Source: the human T2T-CHM13v2.0 reference genome, Homo sapiens
DNA length: 64,000 bases
Direction: 5' to 3' (one strand)
Assembly: GCF_009914755.1 (NCBI RefSeq)
Contig: NC_060931.1
Shown here: in pieces, positions 1-14,225 of the stretch
How the letters are laid out: the number at the start of each line of letters is the position of its first letter
How positions within the stretch are numbered: position 1 is the stretch's first letter
Made by a program: the position numbers and the translations under genes
The notes under the pieces: model-generated
The model's database searches: none
Seen by the model: only the letters and a program-made list of their open reading frames with translations
What the model was told of the DNA's origin: nothing

Positions 1-84
1 GGTTGTCATGGGAGACAGGTGAGGAGACTGGAGACAGGCAGGTGCAGAAATGTCTCTGTCAGTATTTCCCATGGGTTATCTCTC

Positions 85-262
85 ACTTACTAGCTGTGTG
101 AGCTTCGGCACATTATTTAAACTTTTTTCCCTTAGTTCCCTTAAGGGAAAAAATAAAGATAATAATAGTGTCTACCTGGAGTGATTGCGTTGAGGATTAA
201 ATGAGTTAACCCATCTACGCAGTTAGAGCCGGCTTGGCGTGTGCTGGGTGCTCACCGACTGC
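85..262 (+). mobile_element. MIR SINE fragment
   Basis: Degenerate MIR core: cttactagctgtgtga...gataataatagt...gttgaggattaaatgagttaa. Confidence 0.7.
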
Positions 263-1109
263 TGGGTGTGGCCATCACCATCACCACCCTTCTAAGAGGA
301 CTTACCCGGAAGCTGCCAAGTCTTACTGGAATTCAATAAGAAAACTTACTTCCAAAAATAAAAATAAAAGCCACACACACATTTTCCCTGTAAATCTTGA
401 TAGGAAGAAGGAAAAGGTCAGGATGTTGCCGAGCCCTTGGGTTGGAAGAGGTCGGAGTGGGGCGCGTCCCAGGTCGGGAATGTTAGGACAAGGTGGCCTC
501 TGTCTTCATCGTGTGTCTTGGGTCCCCCTTCGTAATGATACTGTCCTCACCACGTCTTTTTATTATGAAAAGGAAGAGTGGCGAGGACTTGAGTGGGACT
601 GTTGGGTTGTTGTGTTGCAGAGGAAATATGCTTTTTGCAGAGGGCTTAGAAAACGTGCAGTGAAAAAAACAATGAGCCTTCTTGGCCCCAAGGCCTGTGG
701 CTGCTGGCAGGACAGCGGTCATCTGCTCCAACCCCCTAGGGAAGAGTGAGCCGTTTGCTCTTTTTCTCTTCTCCAACTTCCCAGAACAATGAGGGTGATG
801 AATGAAGAGGTTTCCCATGATAGTGAGGTAACTCTGTCAGTAGAAGCCCTGAGATGTCCAGAGGCCTGGGCTCACCAGGCCCCAGGTCAGAAGGCTCGGC
901 AGCGCCCCACACTTGGCTTTCGGATCATCTCGTGCTGGGCTCATCTTCCCTTGCGGCTTCCTCTGCTCCCTCAGTTGGGCCCCTGCCTATACGTCTCCAG
1001 GCCCCCGAGGCTGGCATGCAGCCCCATGGTCATAATCAATGTTTTATGACACCTGCAGACTACAGGCAATAGTAGACGATTTTACGGATAATAGTTAATA
1101 GAGCTCTCA

Positions 1110-1262
1110 CATCGACAACCCAATGAGGGCAGCCTGCTTCTATCCCTGTTTACAGAGGAGGAAACTGAGGCACCCAGGGGCTGGGTCACTTGCCCATGGT
1201 CACAGCTGGTAGGGGGCAGGGCCGGATTTCAGCCTCGAAAGTCTAGCTCCTGAGGCCATGCT
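1110..1262 (-). mobile_element. MIR SINE fragment
   Basis: tttacagaggaggaaactgaggca...cacttgcccatggtcacagctggt. Confidence 0.75.
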
Positions 1263-1501
1263 GCTGCCTGCCACCCATCCCACCTCCTTAAGGTGCTGTG
1301 TTCCCACCACTTCCTAATCCTCAATCTCCTCTCCCCTCCCCATCCAGGAAGCCTGCTAGGATGGTCCTTGTCCATATTCTCCTTCCTGGCCTCCACCTGA
1401 TGATAGCTTGTTGTGATACTTGATTCAGCTCGCGAGATATTCCTAGAACAACGAGAGAAAAATGAAGGCGCATTAGGCCCGCCACAATCAAAGCTGTCGT
1501 T

Positions 1502-1950
1502 CCCTTCTCCATCCCTCACGGCCCCCGAGGAACAGGCCAGCCCCTTTCCACCCGTCACATCCCCTGAAGAACAGGCCAGCCCCTTCTCCATCCTTTATAT
1601 CTGCTGAGGAACAAGCCAGCCCCTTCTCTATCCCTCATGGCCCCTGAGGAACAGGCCAGCCCCTTCTTCATCTTTCACGGCCCCTGAGGAACAGGCCAGC
1701 CTCTTTCCATCCCTCACGGCCCCTGAAGAACTGGCCAGCCCTTTCTCCATCCCTCAGGTCTCCTGAGGAACAGGCCAGCCCCTTCTCCATCCCTCACGTC
1801 CCCTGAGGAACTTGCCAGCCCCTTCTCCATCCCTCACGTTCCCTGAGGAACTGGGCAGCCCCTTCTCCATCCCTCACATCCCCTGAGGAACTGGGCAGCC
1901 CCTTCTCCATCCCTCACATCCTCTGAGGAACTGGCCAGCCTCTTCTCCTT
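1502..1950. repeat. Minisatellite (VNTR), 39-40 bp unit, about 11 copies
   Basis: Unit ~CCCTTCTCCATCCCTCACGKCCCCTGAGGAACWGGCCAGC; the gccagc-like end recurs at 1541, 1580, 1620, 1660, 1700, 1739, 1779, 1819, 1859, 1899, 1939. Confidence 0.95.
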
Positions 1951-3020
1951 TCCAATGGGTGTGCAGGTCCCTCCCTGCGAGGCCCTGCAAGTGTCTGCAA
2001 ATGCACCAGCTGATGCCCACTGCCCAGTGGGTGTTCAGTGCACTGAAAAGTTCCCTCTCCTCCCCCACTGCAGCCCTCCTGCCTCACTTGGAGACAATGC
2101 AGAACCAAGATGGGATCAATAGTCATTGATTTCTCTTGGTCTTGAATGATTTTTACACAAGTCATTTTGCAATAAGAGGGCCTTCGTACGGTGCCTGTCT
2201 GCACTGAGGGCGTGGGATGACAGCCATTTTTGCTTAGATTTCTGCTTCCTGATCCACGGTAAGATGTTTCCTCCCTAGCTGGGGAGATCCTCATGGCTGA
2301 AGACAGTGTCCTGGCCTCTTATCTATCCTCTGGAGAGTCTGCCTCACAGCACTGGCATAGTCGTGGTGAGCGCAGGCACTAGGATGGAAAATCTCCGGCA
2401 CACGGGAGGGGCACGTTCAACAAGAGTTCAGGATAATCCCTGTTACCACAGGGGTGTTCAGGCCTTCACAGGTTGGCAGAGGGCCCAAGTGTCATCTGCT
2501 GGTCACCTCAGCTCTGTGAGGAAGAAGGGGTGCAGACCAGGAAGTGGCTCAGGGAGGTCGGAGGCCAGCCCAAGGAGGGGGTGCCTGAGTGGCCCCAACC
2601 AAGTGCCGCGCTCTCCCCCCCGCCCTCTCCCCGCCGCCCTCTCCCGCCACGCACGGCCTCCTGGCAGCTCTGCCTTTTGGGCACACGCACCTTCCGTCTT
2701 CACTGAATCCACTCCCCCTTCAGGTGGGCAAACACTGCCTCTTGCAGACATGTTCTTGCCTGTGCCCTGTCCTGGGAACTGTAGTTGGCAGTTACTTTGA
2801 AGAGCTTAGGAAACAGCATGGAGTTCTGTCAGGTGGCAGACATTCTAGAATCTCTCTAACAAGGCTGAGTCGGTGTGTCAGTCAGGGCCGGGAAACAGGC
2901 CGTGGAGCTGCCTCAGAAGGCCCGCAAGTTCATGGCCACACCTGGTTCTGTGTAGGACCACATGCCTTGTATGTCCCATTACATTGAAATCTTTTCAGAC
3001 TGTGATGAAGGAAATACAGA

Positions 3021-3320
3021 TTTTTTTTTTTTTTTTTTGAGACAGAGTCTCGCTCTGTTGCCCAGGCTGGAGTGCAGTGGCTCAATCTCGACTCACTGAA
3101 ATCTTCACCTCCCAGGTTCAAGCGATTCTCCTGCCTCAGCCTCCTGAGTAGCTGGGATTACAGGCATGCACCGCCACGTCCAGCTAATTTTTGTATTTTT
3201 AGTAGAGACGGGGTTTCACCATGTTGACCAGGCTGGTCTCAAACTCCTGACCTTAAGTGATCTGCTCTCCTCAGCCTCCCAAAGTGCTGAGATTACAGGT
3301 GTGAGCCACTGCACCTGGCC
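3021..3320 (-). mobile_element. Alu (AluS-type)
   Basis: Poly-T followed by antisense Alu body; TSD aaatacagatt on both sides. Confidence 0.97.
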
Positions 3321-3384
3321 AAAATACAGATTATTTTTAAAAAGACATTGAATGTTTAGAACTGAATTAAACTGATAACTGCAG

Positions 3385-3425
3385 GTTTTTGTTTGTTTGT
3401 TTGTTTGTTTGTTTTGTTTTGTTTG
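3385..3425. repeat. (GTTT)n microsatellite
   Basis: Direct reading. Confidence 0.9.
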
Positions 3426-4409
3426 TAAGAAGGGATGCTTATATTCACAGAGTTTGAAAAACAAGTGACCTAAGCCAACCCCTCATTTTACAGTAGAAGA
3501 AAGGCAGCCCAGAGAGGTGGGACCAGAGCTGGAGCCCGGGTCCCACCGCCTGTTTGCGTCCTTCCCGTGAGAGCACGCAGCCTCTATAAGCAGCAGGTGG
3601 GACCCAGGCGTTTGTCTATGGATTTTCCTCTCAAAGTTGCTCTTCTCTTTACTAGGGCAGATCCCAATTTTGAGGGGCCTAGAGTCTATGAAATTTGGGG
3701 GATCCTCTTTAGAAAAAGGACAGAAGATTGTGAATGGAAGCAAAGGCCCATGAAGGGGAGAAGCTCTGAGACCCAGCTTCTCCAGCCCCCTGGTGCGAAT
3801 TCACCCCTCGCCACCACCCCGCAGGGATGCTCCCATTCCACAGCAATTTCCCGCAGACTCTCCAGAAGTGTGCACTCCGGCTCACTGCTTCCCCAGTCTT
3901 CACATGTTTGCTTGTCACTTGATTATCCTCCCCGAAGAGGAGCCACTTGTACTTTAAATGCCTCCTTCACATCAGCAGGCAATTAACAGTAGGGAAGGGA
4001 GAAGGAGGGTGAGCAGTGAGGCTTCTCAATCACACAACTCAAGAGCACGGGGACGTTCTCCCAGGAGCAGCCTGTCTCTTGTGCCTAAAGCACAAGGGGC
4101 AGCGGCAATAGGATGGAAGGGGACCACCCACGGGCTGGACTCTCGAGGCCAGGCAGAGGCCACTGTGCGGTCTTTCCTTCCGCTTCCCTCTCCCTGAGCC
4201 TTATGCAAATCCGGCTCTTAGCACAGCCTTTAGCTCTTGTCTGAATTCCAGGGGAGGCCCAAGATGGGACCCCCTACTTCAAAAATAAGCTTGAATTCAA
4301 ACCTCCAGCATTGTTCCACAGTGCGCAGGCCAGAAGACATCCATTCTGTTCCTCCAATTCCCTGTAAGGCCCCTCTCTGTGTCCAGCCAGATAGCGTGTC
4401 TCCAATCCA

Positions 4410-5221
<812 letters not shown>

Positions 5222-5489
5222 TTATTAGGATGCTTGCTTATTTCTTGTCTCTTGAGCAACTGAGTGGGTGGATGACCCAGTCGATTAACAAATGAGTGAG
5301 AAACGAGAACATCCTTGCCACACTGGGACCTGTTTGAGCGTGAGGCAGGTGAGCAGAAGACATCAGGCCCAGAAGTTCTGGAAGCTCCCTCAGGTGCCCA
5401 CAACACAAATGAAGAGGAAAGAGAGAAGACAAAACAAAAAGAAGGGTAAAGGAGCCTGGCATACTGGCTCAGCCTTCCTCTTTCAAAAC

Positions 5490-5825
<336 letters not shown>

Positions 5826-6111
5826 TAAAATACAATGGCATAAAACTGCAAGTCTATAAACTGGGCATAGCTCTTTCCTCCTCTGCTCTGCACCAACTGG
5901 GGTGACCAGAAGGGACTGAACAGTCTAGGGGCAGGTCTTGCTCACTCACGCGTCCATGGCTGACGCTGGCTGCTAGATGAGGCCTGCTCTGTGTCAGCCA
6001 GGACACCAAATGTGGCCTCTCCATCTGACCAGGGCTTGCTCACCACATAGAAGGTGGTGTTCAGAGTGAGTGACCCAAGCAAGAGAGAGCCAGGGGAAAG
6101 CCATACCACCC

Positions 6112-6843
6112 TGTGTGAGGCCGTTCTTGCATTGCGATAAAGAAATCCCCGAGACTGGGTAATTTAGAAAGAAAAGAGGTTTAATTGGCTCCCAGTTCTG
6201 CAGACTGTGCAGGAAGCATAGAGGCATCTGCTTCTGGAGAGGCCTCAGGAAGCTTCCAGTCACGGCAGAAGGCCAATGGGGAGCAGGTGCATCACGTGGT
6301 GGGAGCAGGAGTGAGAGGGAGTGAGTAGGGGTGAGGGAGGCACCACACTTTTTTTTTTCAAGGTTTTATTTTATTTTTATTTTTTATTATACTTTAAGTT
6401 CTAGGGTTTGTTACATAGGTATACATGTGCCATGTTGGTGTGCTGCACCCATTAACTCGTCATTTACATTAGGTATATCTCCTAATGCTGTCATCCCCTT
6501 CCCCCACCCCATGACAGGCCCTGGTGTGTGATGTTCCCCACCCTGTGTCCAAGTGTCCTCATTGTTCAATTCCCACCTATGAGTGAGAACATGCAGTGTT
6601 TGGTTTTCTGTCCTTGCGATAGTTTGCTCAGAATGATGGTTTCCAGCTTCATCCATGTCCCAAACAGTCAGATCTCATGAGAAGCCGCTCACTATCATGA
6701 GGACAGCACGGAGTAGATGGTGCTAAACCATTTGTGAGAAATCCAACCCCATGATTCAGTGGCTCCCACCTGGCCCCGACTCTAGTATCAGAATGACAAT
6801 TCAACATGAGATTCAGACAGGGACACACATCTGAACTATAACA
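6112..6843 (-). mobile_element. MST(B-like) MaLR solo LTR containing an L1PA fragment
   Basis: TG...CA ends, 5-bp TSD CACCC (6107-6111 / 6844-6848), typical gagactgggtaattt and gatggtgctaaaccatt segments. Confidence 0.88.
6351..6661 (-). mobile_element. 5'-truncated L1PA (young primate L1) 3' end, about 310 bp
   Basis: ttattatactttaagttctagg...cccacctatgagtgagaacatgc...ccagcttcatccatgtccc. Confidence 0.93.
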
Positions 6844-7703
6844 CACCCTTTATGACCTAGTCTCACAAGCCATCACTTTCTGCCACATTCTCTTCATTCA
6901 AAACACTGCCCTGGTTCAAGGAGCAAAGAATCACCTCTTCTTTGGGGAGTCTCACGCCCTGGAAGTAGCACTGAGGCTAGTTTTGGAAAATACAGTGTGC
7001 CACACTCACCAAGGCGTCAGTCTCTGTGAAGTAAATTATACTGAGACATCAGTGACTTCATAGAGAAAGGGCATGAATAACCCCTAACCACAAATAATGG
7101 CAAGAAGTATCCATGGAGGCATCTTGGGAAGAGGCTTCTGATGTTCCATGCCTACTCCAGGCAGCTGTGTGCCCCACGGCCTTCCGCAGTAGTTGAATTC
7201 GCAGACTGAGCATGGCATTGGACCCGATGGCCTTGCTTCCACTGAGCCTCTGCACAACACTGGCCTTGGGAAAGACCACAAAATAGTAACCGGCAGGGCT
7301 CAGTAGACCCGGAAGCTTAGAACCTGTAGAAAAGAGAAGGCTTCCTGTGATCCTCCTGCTTCAAGCAAGGGCTCCGCCATCTCTCCTGCAGATAAAAACT
7401 CAGGAACATTTTATGTTCTGCTTTTGGAGGGAGTTTATAACTTTACATTCTGTCTTAAAGAAAACACAAGTTTTGAATTCTGGGATACCGAGTTCCTAAA
7501 AGAAAATCCAGGCAACAGGAGGCTCCCAATGTGTCCAACCTGCCTCCGATGGTGCAATGAAACAGCAAGTACTAAGAAAATCACCAAAGTGTGGAAGTGG
7601 CAGGGGACTGCTTTAACAGCAAGAGAAGGAGAAATCTTAGTCGTGCTAGTTCCACATCGTGGCTGCCTTTGACTTCTGGCCATTTAGAAATGGCTCTGCT
7701 GCC

Positions 7704-8149
<446 letters not shown>

Positions 8150-9569
8150 CTAGGCACAGTTCGCTTGTCCATATGATGAGATATAGATGCGAGGGTTTAG
8201 CTGTGGATTCCACAGCCTCCATCAGCAGCCTGCGTGCTCCTAATAAAAATGCATCCTAGCCTCCCACCTTGGCCTTTCCTCACCCAGAAAAACAAGGCCA
8301 GTGAGGTCCTAAAGAGCCTATTCTGCAGGAGCGCATGTGAGAAGAACTCTTAGAGAAACAGCAGCAAGTTCAATTTCCCCAGAGAACCCTAAAGCCTCCT
8401 ATTTCCCTTCAGCCTCACGTCTGTGCTCCCTAAGCTGGCTTTGGATTTCTCTTTAGCTGGACTTCATTGGCAGGTGCGGCAGGAGGGTGTGGGGAGCCCC
8501 CTAGATACAACTGCCAAGGAGACTTTAAGTCTGCCTCACTCCCGGCCTCCCTTTTTGTACTTTCTAGAACTCCTCTTGGTGCCCTCTCTACCCACACCCC
8601 TGTGCCCTTTCTGCTGTGCACTCACCTTGCACAGACCTGTGGATTTGGATGCCCCACCTCCATCTGCACCACACCTGAGCTCTGTGGGCGCTCTTCACCT
8701 CTATGCCCTGGGCACTGCATCTTAGGCCTTGGATGTCATTTGGAAGCAGAGTCTCTCTTCCTTGTTAAAGCATTGCTGGGATACAGAGGGGAGAGCTGTC
8801 CTTTCCCGGGCTTGGGTCCTTTGTAGAAGCTAAAATGGCACCTGTTGGGCAGCTCTGTCTTCATCTTGTGAATGGAATTGACCACTCTCGCTCGGTGGAT
8901 TTGCTAGAGGAGCTTCATCTGATGTTATACTAAGGACCTCAAGAATTCACCTTATTCTTGACCTGTTAGGTCCATGAAAGTGTTACTGTAACCTGCGTGG
9001 CCAATGAGATCTCCACTCCAGCCAGCAAGAAGTGGGAAAGAGAGGCGGTGGTCATACCCTTTCTCCTTAAAGGCGGAAGACAGGTGTCACTCATCACCTT
9101 TTCTCAACCCAGCAGCAGGAACTCAGCACACACCCAACCTCACATCTGGGGAGTCTGGGAAAGGTCTTTATCCTGGGAGGCCGTGTGCCCACCTACAAGC
9201 CATTGGTTCTTTTACTAAAAAGAGAAGGGAGTGTGGGTGTTGGAGGACAATGAGCAGGTTCTGCCATTCCACCTTCCACAAGAGGCTTCTCTAATTTCCT
9301 CCAATAAGAAAGAGGCCTCTCTGTATTCCCAGACCCCATAGTTCTTTCTGGTTTCTACCTTGCCCACTTTCCCCGAGTTGCAAGTTGCAGTTCTCCTTCT
9401 GTTTACTGTATTACAAACTTCCAAGCTTTGTCTCTACTTTACTATACCCTAGGGAATTGTGTGTACTGAGTACTCAGTCTTTGTTCAATAAGGTTAATTT
9501 CCCTGAACCTCCAATTCCTCAGTTGTAAAGGGGCACTTAATATAAGCTTGTAGGTGCATCACATTCTCT

Positions 9570-9740
9570 CCAGAGAGAGAACTCACTCCTAAGAAAGCAG
9601 CACCAAACCATTCATGAGAGATCCACCCCCATAACCCAGACACCTCCCACTAGTCCCCACCTCCCAACACCTCCACATTGGGAATTAGATTTCAACATGA
9701 GCTTTAGTGGGGACAAACAAACCACTTCCAAACCACAGCA
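9570..9740 (-). mobile_element. MST/MLT MaLR LTR fragment
   Basis: aaaccattcatgagagatccaccccc...tttcaacatgag...ccaaaccacagca. Confidence 0.7.
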
Positions 9741-9855
9741 CACATATGAATGAGATCATTCGGCATTCGTCTTTCTGTTTCTGGTTTATTTCACTTAGCA
9801 CAAGTCCTCCAGGTTTATCTACTATGTTGCAAATGCCAGGATTTCCTCTCTTCTA
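9741..9855 (-). mobile_element. L1M 3'UTR fragment
   Basis: gagatcat...gtctttctgtttctggtttatttcacttagca...gttgcaaatgccaggattt. Confidence 0.7.
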
Positions 9856-10965
9856 GCTAGTCATTGTTAACCAGAATGTGCACCAAACTCACCTGAAGAG
9901 GTTTTGCAGAAAAGGAGCCTGTATCCTCCTCACTGCCCCCACCAAATACCAGTTCTCCTGCCTGAAGTGCAGCCTCAGCATCTGTATCAGCAGCACACAC
10001 ATGCGCACAACAGTCCAATGGAGTCCCCTGCAAACCTCCCTAAACCTCACTAGGCAAATAGGAAATAATAGTGGTGGTCACCTCTTCATCTGTCAAACAA
10101 CCTGGAAAATGTGAAGATTCCTCTTCATTGTTGCATTGGCCTTTATTACCTTGAGCACAAAGGGATTTTTCTCCTACTGGATATGACCTTAATGCTGCTT
10201 GGCAGGAATGAATAACACTCCAGATAATGGCACTGGCTTCTTCAAGGTATAGTGACAAAAAATGAAAAATACCCAGCCCAGATCCTACCTGGGGCTGAAG
10301 CTCTGGATACAACTTTTGCCATCTTCAAGAGAGAAGCAGCCATTGAACACCGACTGTCCCCGGATGTATCTTTCTTTTCTGATGCTAAAATAGCCCCCCA
10401 GCAGGACAGGGAAGGTGAAGAAAAGATGTATTCTCTAGTTTTCCCAAGTTAATTATACTTGCTCAGAAAGCCAAGTGATTCATTTTGTTCCAAGGCAGGC
10501 GTCCATGCAATTAATTTCGTTGATGAAATAGGTTTTCTTCTGCAAAACTCTGCTTCTAAACTGCATTTGGTGCATGGCATTTAAGCCAACTGCCTCATTA
10601 AGCTGGAATCCTGCAGAAAAATGTTTGCAGAATAGGGACATTTGGAATTAATGCTAAAATGTCAAGGTTTCTTCTGCCCAGCACTTTTTTACCCCTTAGT
10701 TTCTTATACTTCATTATCACATTAATGAGCAACTAACGTACAGGAAAATAAAAATGGCAAGGAGCGATGTGTTCAAGGACACTTAGGGAAAATAAACTAA
10801 AGCTGCCCTAGTTTTGTACGGCTGGCATTTTGGCGTGGCACAGGTTCTTCGCATGTGCCACTGTCTCGATGTGGGATGACATTCAGAGGAACTACCCTCT
10901 GCCATCACACACACCAGATACCTGTCATCCCTGAACCCGATGACCCAATGGTCGCTAAGTTCCCT

Positions 10966-11245
10966 TCTTTTATTTTATTTTATTTTTTTGAGACCTAGTC
11001 TCACTCTGTCACCCAGGCTGGAGTACGGTGGCAAGATCTCGGCTCACCGCAACCTCCCAGGTTCAAGTAATGATTCTCCTGCCTCAGCCTCCCGAGTAGC
11101 TGGGATTACAGGTGTGCGCCCAGCTAATTTTTGTATTTTTAGTACAGACAGGGTTTCACCATGTTGACCAGAATGGTCTCGAACTCCTGACCTCAAGTGA
11201 TCCACCCACCTCAGCCTCCCAAAGTGCTGAGATTAAAGGCGTGTC
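10966..11245 (-). mobile_element. Alu (AluS-type), slightly 5'-truncated
   Basis: Antisense Alu with (TTTTA)n tail; TSD ctaagtt(c/t)ccttct. Confidence 0.95.
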
Positions 11246-14070
11246 TCTAAGTTTCCTTCTAACCGTTACATTTGGTAACCTGTAGTGATGGTTTTGTTCT
11301 ACCTCCCAGTTCTCTGAAGAGTGAATTGAGCTTCATGGAAACACTCTGGCATTTGCTGATAAGATCGATGGAAATAGAGTATTCTCAGCCCAGCCTTGTG
11401 GCCAGCCTTCACCCACATTTTTTTCAGTCTCTTGTCCCAACAAGCATGACCCACTTTGGACTGTGCTGGTCAGAACCAAGCAGCAGCATTTCCTTTAGGT
11501 CAGAGAGCGAGTCTAGAAATGAGATACAAACAACCCTGGGTGGAAATGAGGGGTGACCCTTGCCCCCCCTTGCCTAGTGGCCTCTTGTGGAACCTACGGG
11601 GTAGGAATGAAAGTGGCCTGATGTTGCACGTGGCCGATGATTTATCATCCCTCTGGTCTCAGAAAAGATTGCTTTGGGTTCAAAGGAAAGAAAGAAATGA
11701 GTTGTCTCTTCGGGGGTTTTGTTGTTATTGTTGTTTGTTTGTTTCTGTCCAAAGCTGCTTCATTTTTAAAGCTCTTGTTGCAGCCAGCCGTTTTTCTGTT
11801 TTGGATTTTCCCGAGTCGGCTGTGAATTAATGTCCCGTGGAAACCACTGCAGGGCTCCTCTGCTGATTTCTGTGGGCTCTGTACCTTCTCGCTCTGCCCT
11901 GTGAATTCTGCTCACTCCCAGGGACTCTACTCCAGCCCCATTGGCCCCTTTCTTGTGGCCCTGCAGCGCAGACGTGATTGAGCACAATCACCCACAAATT
12001 GCATTGCAAATGGTGCCTATTTTTTCCAGCAGACCATCTGCTGGAGTCAATTACTCACCATTCCAAGCGAGCAGCCTGGGCAGATCTGGTGACTCTGCAT
12101 AAAGTCACTTCTGAGTCACCTCATCCCAAACTCGCACCTGAACGTCCACCTCCTGGCTGCCAAAGCGACTGGAAAATTACAGACCCTGGAGGTCTGGCTT
12201 CCTTCCTTTGTCTTCTCCTCACTGACCTCCACAGGCCTCTGAGCTTCTATTGGCACTGCCAAAGCTTCTGAGGCTGTGAGACAGACGCAGAGGGGAAGGG
12301 GATGCTAGAGGCGGCTGTTGTGCCCCTAGCTTTGCAGATCGGGACTCAAGAACACACAGCAGGACTGGGGCTCAAGTCCAGTGCACCAGGGCTCCTGAAT
12401 TCATTTTTCCCTGAGCACTGCTCTCCATACTCCGGGATGCACCAGAGTACAGGAGGTCAAACCCGCCACAGGGTTTGTATTTCAGGAGACTCTACTGAGA
12501 TGTTCAGGAGTCTGCAGCAGACTCGGCATTGCCTTCGGTGGGGGGCTGTCTGCTGGGGAGTCTGACCAAGGCAAGATGAGGAAGACTCACGTGACAGGGG
12601 AGCGAGGCTCAATGAGCTGCAGCATCCCCATCAGTGCCATGCCAGATGCCACAGACATCTGGGCAGGGAGGGGCAGGGCATGCAGGCACATCACACCCTC
12701 AGCCCCACTGCCCTTAGAGCCTGGCTCCTGCTCCCACCCCAGGAGGATCATGGGCAGCGTGCCTGCTGCAGGCCTCTGGGCTTGGCTGTGAAATGCCACC
12801 ATGGATGACACTGACCTGGCGCTAAGCCCCCCTTCATGAACCCTCCTCCCGGCCAGCTGGTCTCCTCCTGGTGCCTCCCGCAGAACCTGGGAGGCTGTTG
12901 ATGTGGGCTGCTTCTTCCCTGTCTGGGACTGTGCCCTCCTGTGGGCAGTCAGCCCTTGGCTTCCTTCCAATTTACATTGTTCTGTTGCATTTGATGCCCT
13001 CGTTTTGTTTTTGCAATGTGTTTTCAGGCTTCTTAATCACCTTTCTACACTACAGGTACATAGAGCAGATTTATGGTACGCACCTAATAATAGCGAGTTG
13101 AATGGGACTCATGAATTATATTAATCATTATTTTAGAAGCAAATCTAGAGGGAATTAGTTTACACTATATATAGACCCAGTACAAGACAGAACCCCTTGA
13201 CCTAAGAGCTGTTCACAATGAAATGGGTTCTCTGACTGGTTACCCTTGGGAAGTGTATTCTCCCAACGTGTTGAAAAAAACGCTGTAGAAATTTCCCCTC
13301 TAGAATAGATATCACACCCTACAAAACTCATCTGTCGTTAAAACTCTAACCAGGACACTGATGGGCTAGGAAGGAATAATGGGTGTTTCTGGTTGAAGCC
13401 CAAAAGAATCAGTCTTTCATTTCAGTCCTTCTGAAGATGGATCCATTTTGGTTTTCTGCCATGCATAGTGAGCTTGTACCCTTCTTGTAAGAAGCCACAC
13501 AGAGTGAGCTTGCACCCTTTGTGTGCTGCAAGGAGCATGCTGGGCCTTTGGACTCATTATCTGAGGAGGGAGCTCTGTGTGTGCGTAAATCCCTGGTCTG
13601 CTTTTGGGCGACTCAGCCTCTGCCAGAGTTCACTTTCTCATTTGGTTCCGTCTGCATGGGACACGCTTCCATGTGAATTTACTTTCTCCAGTGCTGTTTT
13701 TCAAATCATATTAAGTAATAATCAACAATAGTACAATCATAGTTCAACTCAAAAGGACGTGTTGGGCTCATAGTGCTCAAATGTGTGCAAAGAAAAAAAA
13801 AGTGTTTCCAGACGATTAGCATCTGTTTGATTGAGCTTTGGTTAATGGGGTTTTCCTGTGCTGGACTTAGTCATCAGCATCAGACATTTCTTGAGCCCCC
13901 ATGGAATGGAAGCATGTGCAGAACACAGTGAAGGTTCCTCAAAGGTTGTAGCAGATAAGGGGCTCTGCAGGGACTCGTTTCTTTCCTGGCCACCTCATGT
14001 TCCTGCTGGTGCAGCTCCAATTTCCACTCACTTGTTACTATTCACATTTCTCTACTCTGTTTTCCCTTAG

Positions 14071-14225
14071 AGGAGATTTTGAAGACACACATCGCACACT
14101 GGTGGTCTCCGGATGGCACGAGACTCGCCTACGCCGCCATCAATGATTCCCGTGTCCCCATCATGGAGCTCCCAACTTACACCGGCTCCATCTACCCCAC
14201 CGTGAAGCCCTACCACTATCCCAAG
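14071..14225 (+). CDS. DPP6: DPP6 coding exon (approx. exon 9), 155 nt, phase 1->0: (E)[51 protein letters not shown]
   Basis: Long polypyrimidine tract ending ...tttcccttag, donor AAG|gtaggc; WWSPDG and Y-x-YPK motifs of the DPP4/S9B beta-propeller; peptide matches human DPP6 as I recall it. Confidence 0.98.

Larger units (their letters stand above)
5850..7005 (-). mobile_element. Old MLT1-type MaLR LTR, split by the MST insertion at 6112-6843
   Basis: gtggcctctcc...agagagagccaggggaaagcc | ctttatgacctagtctc...catcactttctgccacattct; the two halves join across the CACCC TSD; outer boundaries approximate. Confidence 0.6.

Noticed and set aside
1502-1950. CRISPR-like periodicity here and at 56001-56175 and 62676-63192
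   Set aside because: Units are head-to-tail with no unique spacers, no cas genes are present, and the context is a primate intron; these are minisatellites
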